Below are positions 7,559-15,989 of a stretch of DNA of 32,000 nucleotides, piece by piece. Under the pieces are notes generated by a model. It ran no database searches. It saw nothing but the letters and a program-made list of their open reading frames with translations, and was not told the origin of the DNA. The DNA comes from Nostoc punctiforme PCC 73102. Its GTDB lineage: Bacteria; Cyanobacteriota; Cyanobacteriia; Cyanobacteriales; Nostocaceae. The stretch covers positions 3,570,001 to 3,602,000 of the forward strand of contig NC_010628.1 of assembly GCF_000020025.1 (NCBI RefSeq). The letters run 5' to 3'. Numbering within the stretch: the stretch's first letter is position 1; each line of letters opens with the position of its first letter. Both the position numbers and the translations under genes were made by a program.

Positions 7559-9463
7559 ATGACTCTCCTGCCTCCCACTCAACTGAGGAAGGTAACGGAA
7601 CAACCTGCATTTCCTACACCTTCTGCTCATTTAGCTCACCTAATTAATCGTTTTCAACCATCCCCAGAAACAGTTGTCCTGTTTTTAGCCATGCTCATTG
7701 GCGGTGGTACGGGTATGGGTGTAGTCACCTTTCACTATTTAATCCAGTTGATTCACCAGTTGATGCTGGAAAATTTAATGGGTCAAATCGGTGTCTGGGG
7801 TGCTTGGACTTTAGCCTGCGTTCCCACCCTTGGCGGGTTAATCGTTGGCTTGATGCGCTGGCGCACTCAAGACTTTGGCCCTGGACTTTCATCTCTCATC
7901 GCCGCTTCTCAGGGAACAGAGATTAAGCGACCACTACGACCAGTTACGAAAATGCTGGCCGCATCTGTTTCTTTGGGGAGCGGTGCTTCTTTGGGACCAG
8001 AAGGGCCGAGTGTAGAAATTGGCGCAAATTTTGGGATGTTGTTCTCTGTAATCCTCAATGTATCTCAAGAGCGACAACGTTTGCTGTTGGGTGCTGGCGC
8101 GGCGGCTGGACTGGCCGCGGGATTTAATGCTCCCATTGCTGGAGTATTTTTTGCTTTAGAAGTGGTGATGGGAGCGACATCTTTCGCTACTTCTGCGGTG
8201 AGCGTGGTACTATTAGCGGCGGTGGTAGCAGCATTAATTGCCCAAATTGGTTTGGGGGCACAACCTGCTTTTGATTTACCTGCTTACCAAGTCCGCAGTC
8301 CTTTGGAATTGCCGCTTTATCTTGGCTTGGGTTTAGGGGCCAGCCTTGTTTCTCTGGCTTATACTCAATTAATTCGTTTAGCAAAAGCCTGCTTTGCTGG
8401 AAAGGTTCGAGGTTTTGCTTTTTTGGGACGAATTCCTGAGCCAATTCATCCAATTATTGGCGGTGTGATAATTGGCGCAGTTGCTTTGTATTTCCCACAA
8501 ATTCTGGGTGTGGGTTATGAAACTGTAGAAGCAATGCTTCAAGATGTGGAGTTTCCACTCTCCCTGTTGGTGGTGCTGTTGGTGGTGAAACTACTGATGA
8601 CTGCAATTAGTGCGGGTAGTGGTTTCATTGGCGGTTTGTTTGCACCAGCCATGTTTTTAGGTGCTTCTTTTGGTTCAGCGTATGCCAAACTTTTAGCCGT
8701 GGCATTCCCGACTATTTGCGATCAAATGGCGGCTCCCCCAGCTTACGCAATGGTAGGAATGGCAGCAGTACTAGCTGCTAGTGTTAGAGCGCCATTAACG
8801 GCTATTTTAATGTTGTTTGAATTAACCCGTGATTATCGTATTGTTTTACCGTTGATGGCAGCTGTGGGTTTGAGTGTTTGGCTAGTAGAAAGGATTAAAC
8901 CAACTTTTAACTCTAACTCTAATCTACAACAAATTGGTCTTTCGGAATTGAAAGATGAACAAGCGGAAATTGTGCAGCAAATTTTAGTAGAAGATGCTAT
9001 GCACCCCTATCCCAAAAAATTACCTGCAACCCTTGGAGTTTTAGATGCAGCTGTAGAAATGATCCGCGATCGCACCCGGAGTGCTTTAGTAATTGATGCA
9101 GCCGAGCAATTAGTTGGTATACTCTCTCTGGAAGATATTAATCGTGCCCTTGCTCTTTGGCAAAGTTACCCGAATTCACTAACTGAAATTCCAGATAATT
9201 TATCCAGTCAAACTCTCATAGATATTTGTACTACTGAAATTCTCTATGCATGGCAGGATGAACTATTATCTGAAGCTTTAGATCGCATGAGTCTTCGAGG
9301 TTTACATCAATTACCAGTGGTAGCACGAGACAAACCCGATCGCATTTTGGGTTTACTAGAAAAAGAGCAAATTGCCTTAACCTGCAATTTAGCAGTTACG
9401 CGCAAGGCACTTCGCCACTATTTACCAGTCTTACCCACTACAGATATAGTTATTAGTCATTAG
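7559..9463 (+). CDS. ClC family chloride channel / H+-Cl- exchanger with C-terminal CBS pair
   Basis: 634 aa. ClC selectivity motifs GSGASLGPEGPSVEIG and GGLFAPAMFLG are present, with many transmembrane helices. The C-terminal 170 aa carry two CBS-like repeats (ALVIDAAEQLVGILSLEDI and LHQLPVVARDKPDRILGLLEKEQI). Confidence 0.9.
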   Translation: MTLLPPTQLRKVTEQPAFPTPSAHLAHLINRFQPSPETVVLFLAMLIGGGTGMGVVTFHYLIQLIHQLMLENLMGQIGVWGAWTLACVPTLGGLIVGLMRWRTQDFGPGLSSLIAASQGTEIKRPLRPVTKMLAASVSLGSGASLGPEGPSVEIGANFGMLFSVILNVSQERQRLLLGAGAAAGLAAGFNAPIAGVFFALEVVMGATSFATSAVSVVLLAAVVAALIAQIGLGAQPAFDLPAYQVRSPLELPLYLGLGLGASLVSLAYTQLIRLAKACFAGKVRGFAFLGRIPEPIHPIIGGVIIGAVALYFPQILGVGYETVEAMLQDVEFPLSLLVVLLVVKLLMTAISAGSGFIGGLFAPAMFLGASFGSAYAKLLAVAFPTICDQMAAPPAYAMVGMAAVLAASVRAPLTAILMLFELTRDYRIVLPLMAAVGLSVWLVERIKPTFNSNSNLQQIGLSELKDEQAEIVQQILVEDAMHPYPKKLPATLGVLDAAVEMIRDRTRSALVIDAAEQLVGILSLEDINRALALWQSYPNSLTEIPDNLSSQTLIDICTTEILYAWQDELLSEALDRMSLRGLHQLPVVARDKPDRILGLLEKEQIALTCNLAVTRKALRHYLPVLPTTDIVISH

Positions 9464-9530
9464 TGATTGGTCATTGGTCATTAGTCATTGGTTCTCACAA
9501 AGGACAAATGACAATTGACTAATGACCATT
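9450..9530. repeat. TTGGTCA/TTAGTCA heptamer repeats facing a GACAAATGACAA arm; hairpin between convergent genes
   Basis: Sequence reads ttattagtcattagtgattggtcattggtcattagtcattggtt ctcacaaag gacaaatgacaattgactaatgaccatt. The repeats begin inside the last ClC codons (..VISH*). Confidence 0.8.
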
Positions 9531-9532
9531 TA

Positions 9533-9949
9533 TTAAGCCGTGGCTTCTATAGCTTCATCACCTTCCCGATCTTCTGGATCTACCTGTCTCAGACGAATGT
9601 GCTTTTTGCCTAAAGTGATGATAAACTCATCTCCTGGTTTCAGATTCATCTGTTTTGTATAAGCTGAACCTATAAGTAAATTACCATTCGATTGCACACT
9701 AATTCTATAGCTAGCACTACGTCCACCACGCCCATTAGCACTTGGTGTACTGTCCAACTGAATCCCTTCAGCATCAATTAGGGCATTTAAGAACTTCATC
9801 ATATTGACGCGCTCTATACCGTTTTTAGTAACGGTATAGTAGCCGCACTTCTTGGCTTTGTCTTCTTTGCTCTCGTTCTCTAGCTCTTTGACTTTTTTGA
9901 GCAGCTCTTCACCGAGTAGGGGTTCAATTTTTTTCTGTTTAGGCATCAA
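9533..9949 (-). CDS. Cyanobacterial AbrB-family transcriptional regulator (cyAbrB, CalA/CalB type)
   Basis: 138 aa. The C-terminal SpoVT/AbrB-like segment is LLIGSAYTKQMNLKPGDEFIITLGKKHIRLRQV. The N-terminal region matches the cyanobacteria-specific cyAbrB layout, with the AbrB domain at the C-terminus. Confidence 0.8.
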   Translation of the reverse strand: MMPKQKKIEPLLGEELLKKVKELENESKEDKAKKCGYYTVTKNGIERVNMMKFLNALIDAEGIQLDSTPSANGRGGRSASYRISVQSNGNLLIGSAYTKQMNLKPGDEFIITLGKKHIRLRQVDPEDREGDEAIEATA

Positions 9950-10075
9950 CTTAGATCAAAAATGGATGTTTGAAGTGTTGGAATCGATTTTATTTTAGCT
10001 GAGGTTGAGCTAATAGGAACATAATCCTTTAGTTTTTATCTCAACCTAGCCAAGTATATTACACTCAGATGCACA

Positions 10076-10109
10076 ATTGTTATGCCATTAACAATATTGT
10101 CAAGACAAT
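10076..10109. promoter_or_regulatory. Two adjacent palindromes in the cyAbrB/Rrf2 divergent intergenic region (candidate operator)
   Basis: ATTGTTA-tgccat-TAACAAT is followed immediately by ATTGTC-aa-GACAAT. Both have perfect arms when read directly. Confidence 0.3.
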
Positions 10110-10269
10110 CTATTTTAGATAATGCTGGCAATCCCGATCGCTATATATATAGTTTGTAAATCACTGCTAAACTATACTTGTTTAAGTTTTCTAAACTAAC
10201 GCTCAAAAGGTTGTTTATTTTCTGAGGATGATAATTGAGTTACAGAATGATAAGTAAAACTGATCCTTA

Positions 10270-10329
10270 GTTATTGGTCGTTGGTTATTGGTTATTTACA
10301 AAGGACAAATGACAAAGGATAAACAATAA
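10270..10329. repeat. TTGGTTA/TTGGTCG heptamers plus ACAAAGGACAAATGACAAAGG unit (same family as 9450..9530)
   Basis: Sequence reads gttattggtcgttggttattggttatttacaaaggacaaatgacaaaggataaacaataa. It shares the core acaaaggacaaatgaca with the 9497 region. Confidence 0.7.
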
Positions 10330-10340
10330 AGCTTGCCAAA

Positions 10341-10781
10341 ATGAAACTAACTACCAGAGGACACTATAGTGTAAAGGCGTTGCTAGATTTGAGTTTACAG
10401 CCAAAATATGGGCCTGTATCTGTAAGAGCGATCGCTAAACGTCAAGATATCCCTGCTCCTTATCTCGAAAAACTACTAATAGAAATGCGTCGTGCATCAA
10501 TAGTTAAATCAATTCGTGGTAGCATCGGCGGATACCAATTGGCAAGAGAGCCTGCACAAATATCTATAGGACAAATTTTAGAAGCAGTTGGCGAGACTAG
10601 CCATTTACCTCATCACACCCCAGCACCTACACAAGCTGAAGATTGGGTAACATTTAGCCTTTGGCAAAGACTCAACCAAAAGCTCAAAGAAGCTTTGTAC
10701 AGTATTACTCTGGCAGACCTTTATTACGATGCTCGTAGCTGGCAAGCTTCCCTTGGGGAAGAAGCTAGTTTTGTAGTTTAG
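10341..10781 (+). CDS. Rrf2-family transcriptional regulator, cysteine-free
   Basis: 146 aa. The N-terminal winged-helix region MKLTTRGHYSVKALLDLS...VSVRAIAKRQDIPAPYLEKLLIEMRRASIVKSIRGSIGGYQLAR is typical Rrf2. The translation contains no Cys residue. Confidence 0.9.
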   Translation: MKLTTRGHYSVKALLDLSLQPKYGPVSVRAIAKRQDIPAPYLEKLLIEMRRASIVKSIRGSIGGYQLAREPAQISIGQILEAVGETSHLPHHTPAPTQAEDWVTFSLWQRLNQKLKEALYSITLADLYYDARSWQASLGEEASFVV

Positions 10782-10792
10782 TCAAGAGCGGA

Positions 10793-10814
10793 GCCGGAGA
10801 CGCTCCACCTCCGG
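10793..10814 (+). terminator. Weak hairpin after the Rrf2 gene
   Basis: CCGGAG acgctccac CTCCGG lies 12 nt after the stop. There is no clear U-tail. Confidence 0.3.
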
Positions 10815-11143
10815 TAAATAACTTAAATATTGACTAAGAATTTTAGATTTTTTGGTTGATACCCCACTTGGTAATTCATGCCGCAACGCTTTCGTGAGGG
10901 AAACAAATCGAAAATCCTTAATTTCAAATCCGATGCTCCTACAGATGCTCGTTCCTCTGTACGAAATGCTGCACTTCCCGCAAGAGTACGCTACCGCTAA
11001 CGCTGTGTTATCAGAGCCAATTACTCGGATTTTGTACCACTACACTAACGTGGTCGGGGTCAATCCAAAATCCAAGTTGCTCTGGAAGCGTACTAAAGGT
11101 GTAACCCAAAATCCAAAATTGATTGACCCTTGACTAGTGACTT

Positions 11144-12115
11144 ATGACTGATAGCATCTATATTTTAATAATTGCTGCATTTTTAGATTACTTAATTGGC
11201 GATCCTTGGGATTGCCCTCATCCAGTGCAAGTTATGGGGTGGGTAATTTCTCGCTTAAGCAAATTTTTTCTTCAATTGTGTAAAAATCCTTTTACACAAC
11301 GCCTAGCTGGAATTGTGCTAGGGATTATCCTAATAATTGGTAGCGGTCTTGTCGGTTTTTTGATTATTCAAAGTGCCAGATGGGTTCATCCGTGGTTGGG
11401 AATTGCAATAGATTCCATTCTTTTAGCTAGTTGTTTTGCTGGTAGAAGTTTGCGAGCAGCAGCAGTGGCTGTTTTACAACCTTTAATAGCAGGAGATTTG
11501 GAGAAAGCTCGGAAGATTTTAAGTAATTACGTTGGTCGAGATACCCAAAACCTCTCACAAGCAGAAATTTTACGAGCCGTTTTAGAAACGGTTGCAGAAA
11601 ATGCTACCGATGGAGTGATGGCTCCGCTTTTTTATGCAATTGTTGGTGTCTTTGTGCCAATGGTGGGGCCAACTCTCTTGGCTTTAGCATACAAAGCCAG
11701 CAGTACCCTTGATTCAATGGTGGGCTACCGGGAAGCACCCTATACTTATTTGGGATGGTTTTGTGCGCGGTTAGAAGATTGTTTAACTTGGCTACCTTGT
11801 CGGTTAACAGTCATAACTCTGGCGTTGTTATCGGGTAAACCAATGCAGGTTTGGCGAATTTGTCGTCGGGATGCAATTAACGATCCTAGTCCCAATTCTG
11901 GCTGGAGTGAGTGTGTCTATGCCGCTTTTTTGGGTGTGCAGATGGGAGGTACAAATTGGTATCGTGGGGTAGCTAAGTACAAACCACTGCTAGGAGATGC
12001 TATTTATCCCATTACTGCAACTTCTATTCAAAATGCTTTGCAGCTAACTCGATATTGTTTTTTGCTATGGTTAGGCATAGCGATCGCAATATTCTTAATA
12101 CTCCCAAACAGATAA
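11144..12115 (+). CDS. cbiB: Adenosylcobinamide-phosphate synthase CbiB/CobD
   Basis: 323 aa membrane protein. The N-terminus LIIAAFLDYLIGDPWDCPHPVQVMGWVI, the motif ENATDGVMAPLFY and the overall length match the CobD/CbiB family. Confidence 0.88.
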   Translation: MTDSIYILIIAAFLDYLIGDPWDCPHPVQVMGWVISRLSKFFLQLCKNPFTQRLAGIVLGIILIIGSGLVGFLIIQSARWVHPWLGIAIDSILLASCFAGRSLRAAAVAVLQPLIAGDLEKARKILSNYVGRDTQNLSQAEILRAVLETVAENATDGVMAPLFYAIVGVFVPMVGPTLLALAYKASSTLDSMVGYREAPYTYLGWFCARLEDCLTWLPCRLTVITLALLSGKPMQVWRICRRDAINDPSPNSGWSECVYAAFLGVQMGGTNWYRGVAKYKPLLGDAIYPITATSIQNALQLTRYCFLLWLGIAIAIFLILPNR

Positions 12116-12116
12116 A

Positions 12117-12190
12117 GTTAGGAATTAAGAATAAAAACTTCTAACTCCTGTACAGACGCGATTAATCGCGTCTCTCCTAACTCCTAACTT
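12117..12190. repeat. AGTTAGG/CCTAACT heptamers flanking a 20-bp perfect palindrome AGACGCGATTAATCGCGTCT (12154..12173)
   Basis: Read directly from the sequence. The palindrome core recurs inside the MITE-like elements at 28072 and 28664. Confidence 0.8.
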
Positions 12191-12200
12191 ATTATTCCCT

Positions 12201-12737
12201 ATGTCTGCCAAAGTAGTTGAAATTCTCTCATCCGAAGAAATCCGTCGTACCCTAACTCGCCTGGCCTCTCAAATTGTGGAAAGGACGCGTGATTTGTCCC
12301 AACTGGTGCTTCTTGGTATTTATACCAGGGGTGCGTTATTAGCCGAATTGTTGGCGCGTCAGATTGAGACACTGGAAGGTGTAGCTGTGTCAGTTGGCGC
12401 TTTGGACATTACATTTTATCGAGATGACCTCGACACAATTGGATTGCGGACTCCAACGAAAAGTGAAATTCCTTTTGACCTTACGGGAAAAACGGTTGTA
12501 CTAGTAGATGATGTGATTTTTAAAGGACGGACAATTCGCGCTGCTTTGAACGCAGTCAACGATTACGGTAGGCCAGAGGTGATTCGTTTAGCTGTGTTAG
12601 TAGACAGGGGTCATCGAGAATTACCAATCCACCCAGATTTTATTGGAAAGAAGTTGCCTACTGCTAAAGAAGAAGTTGTGAAAGTTTACTTACAAAATTA
12701 CGATGGACGAGATGCAGTAGAGTTGATTGGAGATTAA
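12201..12737 (+). CDS. pyrR: Bifunctional pyrimidine regulatory protein PyrR / uracil phosphoribosyltransferase
   Basis: 178 aa. The PRPP-binding motif [18 protein letters not shown], plus [18 protein letters not shown], are characteristic of PyrR. Confidence 0.9.
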   Translation: MSAKVVEILSSEEIRRTLTRLASQIVERTRDLSQLVLLGIYTRGALLAELLARQIETLEGVAVSVGALDITFYRDDLDTIGLRTPTKSEIPFDLTGKTVVLVDDVIFKGRTIRAALNAVNDYGRPEVIRLAVLVDRGHRELPIHPDFIGKKLPTAKEEVVKVYLQNYDGRDAVELIGD

Positions 12738-12756
12738 AAGTTAGGAGTTAGGAGTT
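12738..12756. repeat. AGTTAGG heptamer repeats directly after the pyrR stop
   Basis: Sequence reads aagttaggagttaggagtt. Confidence 0.7.
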
Positions 12757-12794
12757 TGAAGAATTCGCTTAATCTTGCTTATCTCCCGATCTTT

Positions 12795-13178
12795 TTAACG
12801 CAAAACGGGACTGCCATGATGATGAACTAAATACCACTTTCCAGCAAGAAAGTGAAATACATTTGTAGCTGTTGATTGTGCTTCAAGTCTTCTCCCAGAA
12901 ACGACTTGGAATACATTTTCTCTCAGCACAACATAAGCAATATTGTCAACTATTTCTGTAGCAATTATATCTGTGTTTATTTCGATATAAGCGGTGTTTT
13001 TAAATATCTGCTCCCAAGAGGTGCGAATCTCCTTCCAACCTCGTAGTATGTTACTTCCAGGATGAATGCAAAAACTACCAGTTCCTTGTGACCATACGGT
13101 ACTCATTATCTCAATATCTTTTCTTTCAAAAGCTCGGTAAAAAGCTGCATTAGCCGCTAAGACTTCATCCTTTGTCAT
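12795..13178 (-). CDS. NTF2-like / SnoaL-like (DUF4440-type) small protein
   Basis: 127 aa. The pattern AANAAFYRAFERKDIEIMSTVWS...CIHPG...GW..I...W ...GKWYLVHHHGS is typical of the nuclear-transport-factor-2-like fold family. Confidence 0.75.
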   Translation of the reverse strand: MTKDEVLAANAAFYRAFERKDIEIMSTVWSQGTGSFCIHPGSNILRGWKEIRTSWEQIFKNTAYIEINTDIIATEIVDNIAYVVLRENVFQVVSGRRLEAQSTATNVFHFLAGKWYLVHHHGSPVLR

Positions 13179-13190
13179 GGGGAATTTAAT

Positions 13191-13219
13191 AGTTAGGAAT
13201 TAAGAGTTAGGAGTTAGGA
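13191..13219. repeat. AGTTAGG heptamer repeats
   Basis: Sequence reads agttaggaattaagagttaggagttagga. Confidence 0.7.
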
Positions 13220-13261
13220 TTTACTAAATTATAACCCTCAAGTTTGACAAATAAATTAGCT

Positions 13262-13317
13262 ATGCCCACTTGCCCTGAGCGGGGCCGAAGGGATGCCCCA
13301 TGCCCAATTTCCAATTC
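13262..13317. repeat. CCAATGC-family heptamer repeats abutting the hybrid kinase stop
   Basis: Sequence reads atgcccacttgccc...ggatgccccatgcccaatttccaattcc. Confidence 0.6.
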
Positions 13318-15207
13318 CTAAATCTTTTGAACTGTACTAATAATTTGCAATAATTGACTAGCTGTATAAGGCTTGGATAAAAAGGCTTTGATACCCATAT
13401 CATAAGCTGTATTAACTTTATCAGTCGAAGTCATTCCGCTGACGGCAATAATTTTGACATCTGGGTTAATTTTTCGCAGCGTGCGGATAGTAGTTATCCC
13501 ATCCATAGACGGCATGACCATATCAGTCAAGACAAGAGATATTTTATCTCGATGTTCTGCATATAAGGCTATTGCTTCAATGCCATCACTAGCTGTCATT
13601 GCTTTATAATTATGGCTTTCTAAGGATGTTTTTGTCACATCTCGAATGGCAGCTTCGTCATCTACAACTAAAATTAATTCTCCTTGTCCTGAAGGTAGTC
13701 CCTGGTCTTCTTCTTCTATAGTTTCCGCCGCTTCTTGTGCTGGCAAATACACCTTAAATTGGCTACCTTTTCCCCGTTCGCTACATACGTTGATAAAACC
13801 GCCGTGGCTTTTAATAATGCCAAGGACTGTAGAAAGACCAAGACCAGTACCTTTAGCGAGTTCTTTGGTAGTAAAAAATGGATCAAATATCCGATCTAAG
13901 ATTTCTGATTTAATCCCAATTCCTGTATCAGTAACAGTAATAACAATGTGATGACCAACTTTGGCTTCAATATGCATCTTGGCGTAATTTTCATCAATGA
14001 AGAGATTTTCCGCCGAAATTTTCAAAGTTCCACCATTTGGCATAGCGTCACGAGCATTAACACATAAATTCATCAGTACTTGATGCAGTTGAGTAGCATC
14101 ACCAGATACAGTACAAAGATTTTGCGGAATTTGAGTGGAAACTTCAATAGATTTGGGAAATGTTTCCCTAATAATTTGCTGAATTTCTATTATTAAATGC
14201 TTTAATTGCAATATTGTGCGATCGCCTTCAAGCCCACGAGTAAAAGATAATACTTGCTTGACTAGATTTGCCCCGCGTTTAGTGTTTGTAATCAATATTG
14301 GCAACAGTCGCCGAGAACGCTCATCATGAACTTGTGCCTCTAACAGTTGGGCTGTCATCAAAATGGGCGCAAGAATATTATTTAAGTCGTGGGCAATACC
14401 GCTGGCTAAAGTGCCAATGCTTTCCAATCGCTGGGCGCGGAGAAATTGCGCTTCAAGTTGTTTTTTTTGTGTGATGTCAGTGTTAACAACGAGAAAAGAT
14501 TGTGCTTGATTGCCGAATTCATGCACTAGTGTCCAACGGCTTTCGACAACAATTTCTTTACCTGATTTTGTTTTTTGCTGTAATTCGCCCTCCCAAGAGC
14601 CATTTTTCATCAAAACACTGAGTGCTTCTCGAACTTTAGACGGATGTTTTTCATGCCAGAGAGATCGTATCTTTTTATTGATTGCTTCTTCTTTTTTCCA
14701 ACCGTATAGACTCTCAGCAGCTTTGTTCCAAAATAAAATTTTATCGTCTAAATCACGCACAAAAATTGCATCGGTGGCAACATCTAGTAAAGCGGCTTGT
14801 TCGCGGATTTTATGTTCTGTCTGTTTGCGCTCGATGGCGTAGCGGATAGAACGCTCTAACAAAGGTCCTGTCAACTGGCTTTTTTCAAGATAATCTGCGG
14901 CTCCGGCTTTCATCGCTTCGATATCTATTTCCCAGTCGCCCTGACCAGTTAGTAAAATTATGGGAGAAGAACAGCCGTTGGCAATTGCTTCGCGTAAAAG
15001 TTCCAGTCCATTGTGTGGTCCCAAACGGTAGTCTACAAGATAAACGTCATGTTGGTGGCGAGCGATCGCATTTCTTGCAGCTTCATAATTATTCACCCAC
15101 TCCAACTCGCAGTCTGCTACCTGAAATTCACTGAACCAATAACGAGTCAAAATATAGTCATCTTCGTCATCATCAATGAACAAAACTTTGATAAGGCTGT
15201 TGTCCAT
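13318..15207 (-). CDS. Hybrid sensor histidine kinase: REC-PAS-HisKA-HATPase-REC
   Basis: 629 aa. N-terminal receiver: VLFIDDDEDDY...VYLVDYRLG...KAGAADYLEK. PAS: LLDVATDAIFVRD. H-box GIAHDLNNILAPI, N-box LMNLCVNARDA, G1 DTGIGI, G2 GTGLGLS. C-terminal receiver: ILVVDDE...LVLTDMVMPSMDG...KPY. Confidence 0.9.
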   Translation of the reverse strand: MDNSLIKVLFIDDDEDDYILTRYWFSEFQVADCELEWVNNYEAARNAIARHQHDVYLVDYRLGPHNGLELLREAIANGCSSPIILLTGQGDWEIDIEAMKAGAADYLEKSQLTGPLLERSIRYAIERKQTEHKIREQAALLDVATDAIFVRDLDDKILFWNKAAESLYGWKKEEAINKKIRSLWHEKHPSKVREALSVLMKNGSWEGELQQKTKSGKEIVVESRWTLVHEFGNQAQSFLVVNTDITQKKQLEAQFLRAQRLESIGTLASGIAHDLNNILAPILMTAQLLEAQVHDERSRRLLPILITNTKRGANLVKQVLSFTRGLEGDRTILQLKHLIIEIQQIIRETFPKSIEVSTQIPQNLCTVSGDATQLHQVLMNLCVNARDAMPNGGTLKISAENLFIDENYAKMHIEAKVGHHIVITVTDTGIGIKSEILDRIFDPFFTTKELAKGTGLGLSTVLGIIKSHGGFINVCSERGKGSQFKVYLPAQEAAETIEEEDQGLPSGQGELILVVDDEAAIRDVTKTSLESHNYKAMTASDGIEAIALYAEHRDKISLVLTDMVMPSMDGITTIRTLRKINPDVKIIAVSGMTSTDKVNTAYDMGIKAFLSKPYTASQLLQIISTVQKI

Positions 15208-15670
15208 GTTTATCTCCCACTGCTTCTAGTGGTAGTTTCACGATTTCAAACCAGTATTTGACTAGAGTATCCATGACCTCAACTAATGAGGCAAAAGGCG
15301 CTGGCTTAATGATGAAGGAGTTCGCACCTAAATCGTAAGTATTATATATATCTTCTTCTCTTCGTGATGTTGTCAGTATTACAACTGGAATTTGCCGCAG
15401 TTGGGGGTCAGATTTTATCTCTTTGAGTGCCTCAAGACCGTTAATTCTCGGTATATTCAAATCTAATAAAATCAAACCAGGATGCGGTAAACTGCTTCTG
15501 TTTGCATATCGACCACGATGGTACAAATAATCCATCAATTCTTCACCATTACTCACGATGTTTAGTTCAATTGGCACTTGGCTCTCTGCCAATGCCTCAC
15601 GAACCAGGATGCCATCGTCTTCATCGTCATCAGCCATTAAGATGGTGAGATTTCTTTTTCGACCCTCCAC
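15173..15670 (-). CDS. Single-domain CheY-like response regulator of the Rcp1 type (partner class of phytochrome-like kinases)
   Basis: 165 aa. Receiver motifs: ILMADDDEDD, LILLDLNIPRINGLE, PVVILTTS, GANSFIIKP, then YWFEIVKLP as in Rcp1-like proteins. Its stop at 15173 overlaps the downstream kinase start at 15207 by 35 nt. Confidence 0.85.
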   Translation of the reverse strand: MEGRKRNLTILMADDDEDDGILVREALAESQVPIELNIVSNGEELMDYLYHRGRYANRSSLPHPGLILLDLNIPRINGLEALKEIKSDPQLRQIPVVILTTSRREEDIYNTYDLGANSFIIKPAPFASLVEVMDTLVKYWFEIVKLPLEAVGDKHGQQPYQSFVH

Positions 15671-15989
15671 ATCGTCTCCTTTGCAGTGATTTATTATTAT
15701 GAATCAAGTTATTAACCTGGCATAGATGGTAACTCTTCCGTTGACAAAAATCATTACTTATGCAATTTATTTGTTTAGGATATGAAAGTTTTATTTCTTT
15801 GCTAATAGAAGGCGATGTCTAACCACAAATAGCTGTGGTGGTTGCCAATAGCCTGAAATAATCGAATCTTATTAAGAATTAACATTATGGTTGATTTGTA
15901 CAATCAATCAGTCCTAGAAATTACGAGTGGCAATTGTACAATTAAGCTAATTTTGGGATTTATTATTAATCCCTCTCCAGGAATAAAAA

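Noticed and set aside
7345-7610. Two overlapping minus-strand ORFs (70 and 77 aa) upstream of, and overlapping, the ClC start.
   Set aside because: They are mutually exclusive and overlap the ClC start codon and promoter region. Their Cys/Leu/Phe-rich translations look like AT-rich non-coding sequence.
10852-11133. 93-aa ORF between the Rrf2 gene and cbiB.
   Set aside because: It has a non-ATG start and no Shine-Dalgarno sequence. The sequence is built from repeat-like DNA, and the translation is low-information with no recognisable motif. I treat it as non-coding leader.
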